This document shows positions 1 to 8,549 of a stretch of DNA of 64,000 nucleotides, piece by piece. The DNA lies in NCBI GenBank assembly GCA_027038175.1, contig JALVYB010000098.1:7606-71605 (forward strand). The letters are read 5' to 3'. Source of the DNA: a candidate division WOR-3 bacterium (GTDB lineage Bacteria > Hydrothermota > Hydrothermia > UBA1063 > CAJXJZ01). Under the pieces are notes generated by a model, which did not search any database, was not told where the DNA came from, and saw nothing but the letters and a program-made list of their open reading frames with translations. The first letter of the stretch is position 1. Each line of letters begins with the position of its first letter. Made by a program: the position numbers and the translations under genes.

Positions 1-396
1 GACGTTGAGAAAGTCCTTGTGATGGCTGTTTTGCATGAACTTGGGGAGGTTATGATTGGTGACTTGCACAGAATGACAAGAAAATACGTGGGCAACGAAT
101 ACGTGGAAAAGGGAGAGGTGAAGGCTGCTAAGGACCTTTTGTCTCTTCTGCCGGATAAGATAAAAGAAGAACTTGAGGGAGCCTATACTGAATTTATGGA
201 AAGAAGGAGTAAGGAGGCAGAGATAGTACTTTCTGCTGACAAACTGGAACTTTTGCTCTATGTGTATCTTCTTGAAAAATGGGGGCACGGAAATCTTGAT
301 GCCTTTTTCACTCACCCGGGTAACAGAGAACTTATTAAGAATGAACCTGCACGTAAGTTGTTAGAGATTATAATGGAAAGGAGGCAAAAAAAGTGA
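1..396 (+). CDS. HD-domain phosphohydrolase (YfbR/HDDC2-like 5'-deoxynucleotidase), 5'-truncated by window edge
   Basis: Frame is open from base 1 (DVEKVLVMAVLHELGEVMIGDL...ADKLE), matching the second half of HD_3 proteins. Confidence 0.75.
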   Translation, partial: DVEKVLVMAVLHELGEVMIGDLHRMTRKYVGNEYVEKGEVKAAKDLLSLLPDKIKEELEGAYTEFMERRSKEAEIVLSADKLELLLYVYLLEKWGHGNLDAFFTHPGNRELIKNEPARKLLEIIMERRQKK

Positions 397-1034
397 AAGT
401 GTCACCTTCAATAATCGCAGCATCCTTTCTGGATATCAGAAAAGTCGTAACTGAACTTGAAAAAAGTGAGGCAGATTTCATACATCTTGATGTAATGGAT
501 GGTGTATTTGTGGATAATTTAACCTTTGGGCCGGATATAGCAGGGGAGATTTTATCTGTTACCGGTCTTAAGGGGGACACACATCTTATGATAAAGAACC
601 CGGAGAAATACATAGATAGGTTCCTTGACACAGGAACTGAAATACTAACATTTCATATAGAGTCAGAAGGGAACAAAAGAAGCATGATACGAAAAATAAA
701 GGAAAGGGGGAAAAAGGCTGGCATTACCTTAAATCCTTCAACTCCGCTTATTGAAATTGAACCGTATCTTCCAGAGGTTGATCTTGTACTTGTAATGACA
801 GTGCACCCTGGTTTCTATGGGCAAAAGTTTAAGTCTGAGATGGTGGAGAGGCTCAAAGACCTTAATAGAATGAGAGAGGAAAGGCACCTTAATTTTTTAA
901 TAGAAGTCGATGGGGGAATAAACAGGAATACAGCCCCTCAGGTGGCTCCGTATGTAGATATTATAGTTTCAGGTTCTTTTATTTTCAAAGGCGGTAACGT
1001 TGAGGACAACATTGCGTTCTTGAAGAGACTTTGA
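393..1034 (+). CDS. rpe: Ribulose-phosphate 3-epimerase
   Basis: SPSI, HLDVMDGVFVDNLTFGP, HLMI, MTVHPGFYGQ and EVDGGI motifs. Confidence 0.97.
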   Translation: MKVSPSIIAASFLDIRKVVTELEKSEADFIHLDVMDGVFVDNLTFGPDIAGEILSVTGLKGDTHLMIKNPEKYIDRFLDTGTEILTFHIESEGNKRSMIRKIKERGKKAGITLNPSTPLIEIEPYLPEVDLVLVMTVHPGFYGQKFKSEMVERLKDLNRMREERHLNFLIEVDGGINRNTAPQVAPYVDIIVSGSFIFKGGNVEDNIAFLKRL

Positions 1035-1081
1035 ACATGGTTTATAATTTTATCACTATCAGAAGAGGAGGTTAAGGTTAA

Positions 1082-1333
1082 GTGGTTAAAATTAGATTGC
1101 AGCGAGTTGGAAAGAGAAATAGACCGCACTACAGATTGGTGGTAATTGATTCAAGAGAAGCAGTGGGCGGTAAAATTTTGGCTAATGTGGGTTCATATGA
1201 TCCATTGAAAGAGGTGATACAGATAAATATGCCAGAGGTAGAAAGATGGATATCTCTCGGAGCCCAGCTTACTCCGAGAGCCAAGGCACTCATAAAACTA
1301 TACACCAAATCCACTGAAGTGGTAAAATCCTAA
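1082..1333 (+). CDS. rpsP: 30S ribosomal protein S16
   Basis: [21 protein letters not shown]...GSYDP; conserved operon context. Confidence 0.97.
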   Translation: MVKIRLQRVGKRNRPHYRLVVIDSREAVGGKILANVGSYDPLKEVIQINMPEVERWISLGAQLTPRAKALIKLYTKSTEVVKS

Positions 1334-1347
1334 AAGGAGGTAGTAAC

Positions 1348-1587
1348 ATGGGAGAGATTAAAGATCTCATAGAGTACATCGCAAAGGAACTCGTAGACCA
1401 TCCTGATCTTGTGTCTGTAAAGGAAATACCTGGCGAAAAGACAGTCATATATGAACTCAAGGTTGGTGAAGGTGACCTCGGAAAGGTAATCGGAAAAGAG
1501 GGAAGAACAGCAAAGGCCATCAGAGCCATCATTGCAGCCGCTGCAATGAAGAAAGGCAAGAGGGCCGTCCTGGAGATACTTGAATAG
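1348..1587 (+). CDS. khpA: KH-domain RNA-binding protein (KhpA/YlqC)
   Basis: [18 protein letters not shown]; lies between rpsP and rimM; GGAGG RBS. Confidence 0.93.
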   Translation: MGEIKDLIEYIAKELVDHPDLVSVKEIPGEKTVIYELKVGEGDLGKVIGKEGRTAKAIRAIIAAAAMKKGKRAVLEILE

Positions 1588-2086
1588 TGAAGTATCTCTT
1601 GTTGCAGTCGCCAGAATAATAAAACCTTTTGGGCTGAGAGGTGAGGTTAAGCTTCACCTCTTAGCCGATTTAAATGACTTCCTGACTTATCCCGAATTTT
1701 TTATACGAGAGAAATTTTTCTACAAAAGGCTTGTCCTCGTTAACCTCCGTTCACGTGGCACGGTAGCACTTTTTGAAGGATATGCCTCAAGAGACGATGC
1801 AGAGTCTCTGAGGGGCAGAACTCTTTACGTGAAAGAGGAACACCTTGTTGAAAAAAACAGAGTGGATGAGTTCTACCCTTTTGAACTTGAGGGATTGGAG
1901 GTGGTTTTCAAAGAAAATATTCTGGGTATTGTGAGTAGAATGCTTGATTTTAATGGCAGATGGTACATAGAGGTTTCCGGGGAAAAGGATATACTTATAC
2001 CCTTTGTAAAACCTCTTGTAAACAGAGTTGACTGGGAAAACAAAAAAATATTTGTAGATTTACCAGAGGGCTATCTTGAATTATGA
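1580..2086 (+). CDS. rimM: Ribosome maturation factor RimM
   Basis: [28 protein letters not shown]; synteny. Confidence 0.93.
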   Translation: MNSEVSLVAVARIIKPFGLRGEVKLHLLADLNDFLTYPEFFIREKFFYKRLVLVNLRSRGTVALFEGYASRDDAESLRGRTLYVKEEHLVEKNRVDEFYPFELEGLEVVFKENILGIVSRMLDFNGRWYIEVSGEKDILIPFVKPLVNRVDWENKKIFVDLPEGYLEL

Positions 2087-2808
2087 AAATTACTGTTATC
2101 ACCCTGTTCCCGGAGATGTTTCGGGGCGTTTTTGAATTTGGGCCTGTAAAAATAGCGAGAGAGAAAGGGCTTGTTGATATAAATTTTTTAAATCTCAAGG
2201 ACTTTGCGGAAACTCCAAAGGACGTAGACGATTATCCCTATGGCGGTGGGGCAGGAATGGTTATTAAGCCAGAGCCTATAAAAAAATCTCTTGTGGCTGC
2301 CGGGGAGGGTGTTAGAGTACTTACAACTCCGAAAGGCCGGCCGTTTACTCAGGAGATAGCCAACACCTTATCTAAAGAAGATCATCTCATCATATTCTGT
2401 GGCAGGTATAAGGGTATTGACGAGAGAGTGAGAGATATGTTCGATTATGAGATTTCAATAGGCGATTATGTGCTATCTGGAGGGGAAATTCCAGCGATGG
2501 TTATTGTTGATTCTGTTGTAAGGCTCCTTCCCGGAGCGACTTCTGATGTAACCTCTGTGTTGACTGACTCTTATCAAAGCGGAATACTATCAGAACCTCA
2601 ATATACACGACCTCGTGTATTTGAGGGAAAAGAGGTTCCTGAGGTTTTATTATCCGGGAATCATAAGGCAATAGAGCGTTTTAGAAGAAAAGAGGCGCTT
2701 AGAACGACACTGTTAAAGCGACCGGACCTTTTGTTTAAAGTCAAACTTAGTAATGAAGATTTGCGTCTAATTGTTGAAATTTTGAAAGAGGGCGGTAAAG
2801 ATAGATAA
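2083..2808 (+). CDS. trmD: tRNA (guanine-N1)-methyltransferase
   Basis: VDDYPYGGGAGMV, CGRYKGIDER, SIGDYVLSGGE, YTRP, LLSGNH. Confidence 0.98.
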   Translation: MKITVITLFPEMFRGVFEFGPVKIAREKGLVDINFLNLKDFAETPKDVDDYPYGGGAGMVIKPEPIKKSLVAAGEGVRVLTTPKGRPFTQEIANTLSKEDHLIIFCGRYKGIDERVRDMFDYEISIGDYVLSGGEIPAMVIVDSVVRLLPGATSDVTSVLTDSYQSGILSEPQYTRPRVFEGKEVPEVLLSGNHKAIERFRRKEALRTTLLKRPDLLFKVKLSNEDLRLIVEILKEGGKDR

Positions 2809-2841
2809 GAAGAATAGAAAAGTTACAATGGGGGATTTATA

Positions 2842-3581
2842 ATGATAGATTTGTTTTCAAGTGTTAATAATATGGTGGTAGTAGATAAAGAGAAAATTGA
2901 GAAATACGAAGTTAACGAAATTATAAACAAAGTGATTTTAGGCGATGCACTTCGAGTGCTAAAGAAGTTACCATCTAGTGTGGTAGATATGGTCTTTATG
3001 GTTCCACCCTATTTTCTACAACTTCCAAGTAAAAAACTGAGACGTTGGAAAGTCAAAACAGAAGTTGATGCCGTAAATGATGATTGGGATAAATTTGGTT
3101 CATTTGAAGAATATGACAATTTCATTAAAAATATCCTAACAGAGATTAAAAGAGTAATGAAACCCAATGCTACTATTTGGGTGATTGCGACATATCACAG
3201 TATTTTTAGGATTGGTAAAATTATGCAGGATTTAGGGTTTTGGATACTCAATGATGTTCATTGGGTAAAAACAAATCCAATGCTAAATTGGTTGGGAGTT
3301 AGATTTACAAATGCAACAGAGACTTTAATCTGGGCAGTAAAAGACAAAAAAGCGAAAAAATATACCTTCAATAAAGAATGGGCAAAGAAATTTGGTATAG
3401 GAAAAGTCGGAGCAAATTTTGGGTTCTGCCAATATGCAATGGTAAAGAGCGATTAAAAGATGAAAAAGGTAAAAAATTACACTCCACTCAGAAACCAATT
3501 GAGCTTTTGAAAAGAGTTATATTAACTTCTACAAAAGAGGAAGATGTTGTTTTGGATTTCGTAGCTGGCACTGGAGGTTAA
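2842..3581 (+). pseudogene. Beta-class N6-adenine DNA methyltransferase of the CcrM/M.HinfI (GANTC) family, disrupted
   Basis: Family motifs (YHSIFRIG, QDLGFWILND, KTNPM, ETLIWA, HSTQKP) are split across two frames by a frameshift near 3415-3423; catalytic DPPY reads VPPY (GTT at 3001); stop immediately after the AGTG SAM-binding motif. Confidence 0.85.
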
Positions 3582-3584
3582 ACT

Positions 3585-4313
3585 ATGGTTACCAAGGTTG
3601 AAGCGATAAGAAAGGTGCTTGAAGAATTTGGTGGGAAGGCAACTTGGCAACAAATTTATGATAATATTGAGAAGTATTATCCTGCTGCTAAAGCAAGTAA
3701 AGCGTGGAAGGAGGGAATAAGAGGAGTATTATATAGAGAAATAAGAAAAGGAAAAAATTTTAAAAAAATTGGGATAGGAATTTTCGCATTAAAAGAATAC
3801 GAAGAAGAACCTATGCCTAAAAAAGAAGATAAGATTAGGATGCACCCATTTATGGAGGGTATTTGTATAGAATTAGGTAACCTGCACAATTTCTTAACAT
3901 ATACTCCTGATAAAACAAATATATTTAAAGAAGGAATACCACTAAATCAAATATCCACTCTAAATGAAATACCACCTTTCACATATCCTGAAATTATTAA
4001 AGATGTTAAAAGAATTGATGTTATTTGGTTTAACAAAGGAAAATTAATTTTTCCACAAAGAGTTTTTGAAGTTGTTCATAGTTTAAATACTTTGTCAGAG
4101 GCACTTAATAGGTGTTTGCAACTTCTTCCATTTAATGTAAAGTTTTATATAATAGCTCCAAAAGAATATTCAAAAAAGTATTATTCAAAAATAGAGAAAA
4201 AACCGTATGCAGAATTTAAAAATAGATTTTTCTTTATGGATTACGATAGGATAATTGCTTTTTATGAGTATGCGGTAAAGTATGATAAACTTAAAAGAGA
4301 GGTATTAGGATGA
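3585..4313 (+). CDS. Winged-helix (HARE-HTH-like) domain fused to a PD-(D/E)xK-like nuclease domain
   Basis: N-terminal EAIRKVLEEFGGKATWQQIY...IRGVLY...GIFAL; C-terminal IDVIWF...FEVVHS; inside the R-M island. Confidence 0.55.
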   Translation: MVTKVEAIRKVLEEFGGKATWQQIYDNIEKYYPAAKASKAWKEGIRGVLYREIRKGKNFKKIGIGIFALKEYEEEPMPKKEDKIRMHPFMEGICIELGNLHNFLTYTPDKTNIFKEGIPLNQISTLNEIPPFTYPEIIKDVKRIDVIWFNKGKLIFPQRVFEVVHSLNTLSEALNRCLQLLPFNVKFYIIAPKEYSKKYYSKIEKKPYAEFKNRFFFMDYDRIIAFYEYAVKYDKLKREVLG

Positions 4314-5194
4314 TAGAATATAACAAAATTAAGGAAATTCTGAATAGGCATCATTGGAATATAAAATCTGATTTACTAAGAAAGATTTCAGAAATTGATT
4401 TCAAAGTTCCATATCGCTTTAGCACCCTATCTCAAAAAGAGGTCAAGTTATATAATAAAAATCAAATCCTCCAACATCTATTACAATCTCACGAGATAAG
4501 GTTTGGAGATGCAATGGAAGAACTAATCACAGAAATTATTGAAGATTTAGGATATAGGAATCTTCCTAAAAATATCAGAAATAGTGAGGGAGAAACACTT
4601 TCTATTGACCAGTATTTTACTAATGAAAACACATATTATTTCATTGAGCAAAAAGTAAGGGATGATCATGACTCTACAAAGAAAAGAGGTCAAATAAACA
4701 ATTTTGAGAAAAAATTAGAAGTCTTAAATAACTCCCATGGCGGGAATTTGATTGGTATTATGTATTTTATAGACCCAGATTTAAGGAAGAATCAGAATTT
4801 CTATGTTGAGAAACTTAGAGAATTTTCTGATTTTTATGGTGTGGAACTTCATCTATTTTATGGTCGTGAGTTGTTTGAGTATTTCGATAGCCCTCAAGTA
4901 TGGGACGATTTAATACAGTGGCTCAAAAGATGGAAAGATGAACTGCCGGAATTACCAGAAATAAATTTTGACGAAAATCCAGAAGAAAGCTTTGAAGAAA
5001 TTAAAGAATTAGAAATCAGATACTGGAGGAAAATCCTGCAAAACGAGAAGTTATGGGACGGAAATATAATGGAAATCTTGTTTAAAGAAGGTACTACTCT
5101 AACTTTAATGTTAGACTATTTCAGACAAAAAGAAGATAAACCACATGTTAATTTAGCAAGACTACTTGAGGATAAATTGAAGGAGTATTATTAG
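4310..5194 (+). CDS. Type II restriction endonuclease, HpyAIV family (GANTC)
   Basis: LLQSHEIRFGDA, IDQYF, FIEQKVRDDHDSTKKRGQINNF, YFIDP, LPEINFD; next to a GANTC-type MTase. Confidence 0.75.
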   Translation: MIEYNKIKEILNRHHWNIKSDLLRKISEIDFKVPYRFSTLSQKEVKLYNKNQILQHLLQSHEIRFGDAMEELITEIIEDLGYRNLPKNIRNSEGETLSIDQYFTNENTYYFIEQKVRDDHDSTKKRGQINNFEKKLEVLNNSHGGNLIGIMYFIDPDLRKNQNFYVEKLREFSDFYGVELHLFYGRELFEYFDSPQVWDDLIQWLKRWKDELPELPEINFDENPEESFEEIKELEIRYWRKILQNEKLWDGNIMEILFKEGTTLTLMLDYFRQKEDKPHVNLARLLEDKLKEYY

Positions 5195-5258
5195 TCTGGT
5201 GTGTAACTTTGCAGTACATCTATGATGGTATAAAATTTAAAACTAAAGGAGGCACAAA

Positions 5259-5633
5259 ATGAGCAACGTAATGAAGGAGATTGAAAAACAGTTTATGAGG
5301 GATGATATTCCGGATTTCGGGCCTGGTGATACCATAAAGGTGTGGCTCAGAATAAAGGAGCTGAAAGAAGATCCGAAAACGAGAAAAATAGTTGAGAAGG
5401 TGAGATTGCAGCCCTTCGAGGGTGTTGTCATAAGACGCAGGGGTGGAGGTTTAAACGAAACGTTTACGGTGAGAAAGGTGACACAGGGAATAGGTATTGA
5501 GAAGATTATCCCTATACATTCACAGGTTTATGAGAAGATTGACGTAATAAGAAGAGGTAAAGTCAGAAGAGCAAGGATATACTACCTCAGAGAGAGAAGG
5601 GGTAAGGCTGCAAGGATTAAAGAAAAAAGGTAA
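5259..5633 (+). CDS. rplS: 50S ribosomal protein L19
   Basis: PDFGPGDTIKV, RLQPFEGVVI, TFTVRK, GKVRRARIYYLR. Confidence 0.98.
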   Translation: MSNVMKEIEKQFMRDDIPDFGPGDTIKVWLRIKELKEDPKTRKIVEKVRLQPFEGVVIRRRGGGLNETFTVRKVTQGIGIEKIIPIHSQVYEKIDVIRRGKVRRARIYYLRERRGKAARIKEKR

Positions 5634-5654
5634 GCATATTCAGAAAAGATTTTT

Positions 5655-5684
5655 AAAAAAGCCCTGCATTTGCAGGGCTTTTTT
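5655..5684. terminator. Bidirectional intrinsic terminator
   Basis: AAAAAAGCCCTGCA-TT-TGCAGGGCTTTTTT between convergent genes; a second weaker hairpin at about 5693-5713. Confidence 0.85.
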
Positions 5685-5717
5685 AGTTTTATAAGACCCC
5701 ACTTAGGGGCCTTGATT

Positions 5718-7241
5718 TTATCTTAGTTTTAAAAACTTACCCTTTAATGTTCCTTTTGCAGTATGTACCAGGGCAAAATAGAGTCCATTCTTTAAACCAT
5801 GTAGTTCTGTTCTCGCTTCCCCATTGTTAAATCTAACGACTTTGTGCATGATTTTTCTGCCGGATATATCCATAATATCAAGGTTGGCATATCCATTAAT
5901 AGTGCTGGAGACCATTCTCAAGATACCATGGTTCAAAGATAATGAAAGCGATGGTGTTATTTCTTCTGCTTTTTTGTTTTCTTTAACCTGTGTGTTGTAC
6001 ATATGATCTATGAAGAATTGAGTACTGTCATATATAAAGTATATGGTGACAAGATGGCTGAAATCGTTGTGCCACAGAACATATGGAATGGCATAGTCCT
6101 GCCAGTTTCTTATTTTGGGGTGGTAATAAGGGGACGTATTGAAAATGTATGTATAGGCACCGGAGTCAGAGACCTGGACAGGTGTGTTGTTACAGTAAAT
6201 ACTGTCTCCATCCGCAATCATCTCCTGATAGTATACGTTAACATATCCACCAACACTGGCTGTATATGCAATATTAAGTCCACCGTTTGAAATATAAGTA
6301 AACCATGGAACCATATCAACGTCGTAGATACCGTCGTAATCACCGTTATATGGGTAGTCTATGTGCTTTATTGTAACCCAGTTGTCTGAAGAATAATCAA
6401 TATACAGTCTGCCGCTGTCTATATATGCAATTGCCTCAAGGCCGTACAAACTGGCCGTCCTTACCTGTGCTTTCATACTTGTATTAATTGCCTGCAGTGA
6501 TACTGTCTCCACCAGGGTATCTCCCATTGTGTCTGTGAGAACGTTATAGTAGATTTTATTAACACCTGTAGATGTATCCTGATAGGTATATGCAAAGAGG
6601 AGTCTTACAGAATCTCCATAGTCATAGGAAGAGAGACTTTGAAGTTCCCTTATTTTAGGAGAGTTTGGTGAAAGAAGCCTTGAGTAGACTATTTTCCACG
6701 TGGAGCCAAAATCTGTAGAACGCAATACACTGTATCTCGCATCAGCACCATTTTTCCATCCAAGAGCAACCAGATAAAAATACGGTACATGGTTCCCATC
6801 TTTAGCAACTGTCATATAAGCGCATTGGACTGAATCAAGGTCATTAAAGGCATCTCCTCTATCTCCAACGCTATTAAATGGGTCATTAAGTGGTTTAACA
6901 ACGAATGAAAAATAATGACTACTTGTCCCAAGAGGGGTAAAGTAGTAGAGAGTATCAGCATAGTAAATGATGTTGATTGGTTGTGGATGGGAATTAAGAT
7001 TTGTGTCAAAAGTATTATCCAGATAATTCCAGGTTGTGCCATAGTCATTGGTATAAACCACACTTTTGTAGGCTACGTTATTATCATCGTAGTATTGCAT
7101 GACAACGTACATTTCTGAGTCGGATGGTACCACGAAGTCGTATGCTATTGGCAGTGAGTCGGGTCTGGTTATTACGTGTATGTCCCTGTTCCATGCCCAC
7201 AGCATCATGGGCAGGAGTACTCCCACGATCAGCCTCTTCAT
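5718..7241 (-). CDS. Secreted BNR/Asp-box repeat protein with T9SS type A-like C-terminal domain
   Basis: Signal peptide MKRLIVGVLLPMMLWA; Asp-boxes YTNDYGTTW, RSTDFGSTW, YSSDNWVT; CTD IMDISGRKI...LKNGLYF...KFLKLR. Confidence 0.75.
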   Translation of the reverse strand: MKRLIVGVLLPMMLWAWNRDIHVITRPDSLPIAYDFVVPSDSEMYVVMQYYDDNNVAYKSVVYTNDYGTTWNYLDNTFDTNLNSHPQPINIIYYADTLYYFTPLGTSSHYFSFVVKPLNDPFNSVGDRGDAFNDLDSVQCAYMTVAKDGNHVPYFYLVALGWKNGADARYSVLRSTDFGSTWKIVYSRLLSPNSPKIRELQSLSSYDYGDSVRLLFAYTYQDTSTGVNKIYYNVLTDTMGDTLVETVSLQAINTSMKAQVRTASLYGLEAIAYIDSGRLYIDYSSDNWVTIKHIDYPYNGDYDGIYDVDMVPWFTYISNGGLNIAYTASVGGYVNVYYQEMIADGDSIYCNNTPVQVSDSGAYTYIFNTSPYYHPKIRNWQDYAIPYVLWHNDFSHLVTIYFIYDSTQFFIDHMYNTQVKENKKAEEITPSLSLSLNHGILRMVSSTINGYANLDIMDISGRKIMHKVVRFNNGEARTELHGLKNGLYFALVHTAKGTLKGKFLKLR

Positions 7242-7275
7242 AAAATACCTCCTTTGGTTTTATTTGTTTATGTAA

Positions 7276-7303
7276 ATTATAATGCTTTTGCACAATAAGT
7301 CAA
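7276..7303 (-). promoter_or_regulatory. Sigma70-type promoter for the BNR protein
   Basis: Minus strand TTGACT-N16-TATAAT upstream of a GGAGG RBS. Confidence 0.5.
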
Positions 7304-7370
7304 AAACAAAGTGATATTTTGCTGAAGCGGTTATGTAACTTTATAATAACAAAAAGTACAGGGGGAAAAT

Positions 7371-8549
7371 ATGAGAGCATGGGTCTTACCTGAGTATGGT
7401 TCACGGTCTATAGTAGAAATTCCGCATTTTATAACAGAATATTTTGGTGCGGAAAGACATCCGCTTTTGAAGAACCACTCTGATTCTAAAACCCTCGATT
7501 TTCTCGGGATCAAACCTGAAAAGGAATATCTCGTGCTTTTTATCATAGATGGTCTTGGTTACCAGCTCTATAAAAAACTTAAAGATGACAATGTTATTCC
7601 GTTCCTCGCATCTCTTAAGGATGCATATCTCACAAGCACCTTTCCTTCTACCACAGCAACGGCTCTTGTAAGTTTATCTACGGGACTTGTTCCTGCAAAA
7701 CACGGTATTCTGGGATTTAAGATGTTCCTTGAAAGGCCTTATACCACAATGAATACCATATTTTATACCATCCACGGTCTTGAGACTACAAAAGTGCCAC
7801 AAGAACCTCAGGAATTTATGGCTGATTATTATATATATGAGGCTCTTGCAAGGAGTGGTGTAAGAGTGTATTCTATTTTAAAGAAGGAATTTATTGGCTC
7901 ACCATTTTCTAAGATAGTTCATGGGTATATTGAAAATTCTCCACACGTTCATGAAATCGATCTTTTAACACAGGTACCCCGGATTTTACAAAAAGCCGCT
8001 ATGAGAACTTTCATTTCTCTTTATACATCCACCCTTGATTCCCTTTCACATACGTATGGTCCTTATTCAGAGGAGGTTTTTGAATTTATGCGTGTTCTGG
8101 ATGGTCTCCTTGAAAGACTTATAGGTCCTATTCTGGACAGAATTCAAATACTTGTTACTGCAGATCATGGCCATATTGATACCTCCGGGGGAAATGCTAT
8201 AAATATATGCAATTCTGCTTCTATTTACAGAAAAATAATAGGTTTCCCCGCAGGAGAGCCGAGGGCAGTTTATCTAAGAGTGAAACACAAAAAGGAATTT
8301 TTAAGGGAAATAAAAGAAGAGTATGGAGACCTTGTGAGTGTTATGGAGGTGGAAGATGCAGAGAAAGAGGGGCTGTGGGGAGGGAAACTTGAAAACGATT
8401 ATAGAGATAGGGTTGGAGACATTGTGCTAATTCCAAAAGAAGATGCGTATATACTCTGTAAGGATGAAGCACAAGAAGTTTTAAAGATGAAGGGTAGGCA
8501 TGGGGGACTTAGCATTGAAGAAATGCTTGTCCCCCTGATTTTTAATTAA
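7371..8549 (+). CDS. Alkaline phosphatase superfamily nucleotide pyrophosphatase/phosphodiesterase
   Basis: IIDGLG, TFPSTTATA, LDSLSHTYGP, VTADHGH, GRHGGLS metal-binding motifs. Confidence 0.88.
   Translation: MRAWVLPEYGSRSIVEIPHFITEYFGAERHPLLKNHSDSKTLDFLGIKPEKEYLVLFIIDGLGYQLYKKLKDDNVIPFLASLKDAYLTSTFPSTTATALVSLSTGLVPAKHGILGFKMFLERPYTTMNTIFYTIHGLETTKVPQEPQEFMADYYIYEALARSGVRVYSILKKEFIGSPFSKIVHGYIENSPHVHEIDLLTQVPRILQKAAMRTFISLYTSTLDSLSHTYGPYSEEVFEFMRVLDGLLERLIGPILDRIQILVTADHGHIDTSGGNAINICNSASIYRKIIGFPAGEPRAVYLRVKHKKEFLREIKEEYGDLVSVMEVEDAEKEGLWGGKLENDYRDRVGDIVLIPKEDAYILCKDEAQEVLKMKGRHGGLSIEEMLVPLIFN

Larger units (their letters stand above)
2809..5210. mobile_element. Inserted R-M island between trmD and rplS
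   Basis: Three defence-type genes interrupt the normally adjacent trmD-rplS; visibly more AT-rich; no integrase or transposase. Confidence 0.6.

Noticed and set aside
3411..3423. Programmed frameshift or phase variation in the MTase
   Set aside because: Only a short AAATTTTGGG run, and the catalytic mutation plus truncation would leave the enzyme dead anyway
4395..4466. TTGATTT...AAATCAA inverted repeat in the REase as an invertible switch
   Set aside because: Inverting the segment gives an in-frame stop; a 7-bp AT-rich repeat is expected by chance
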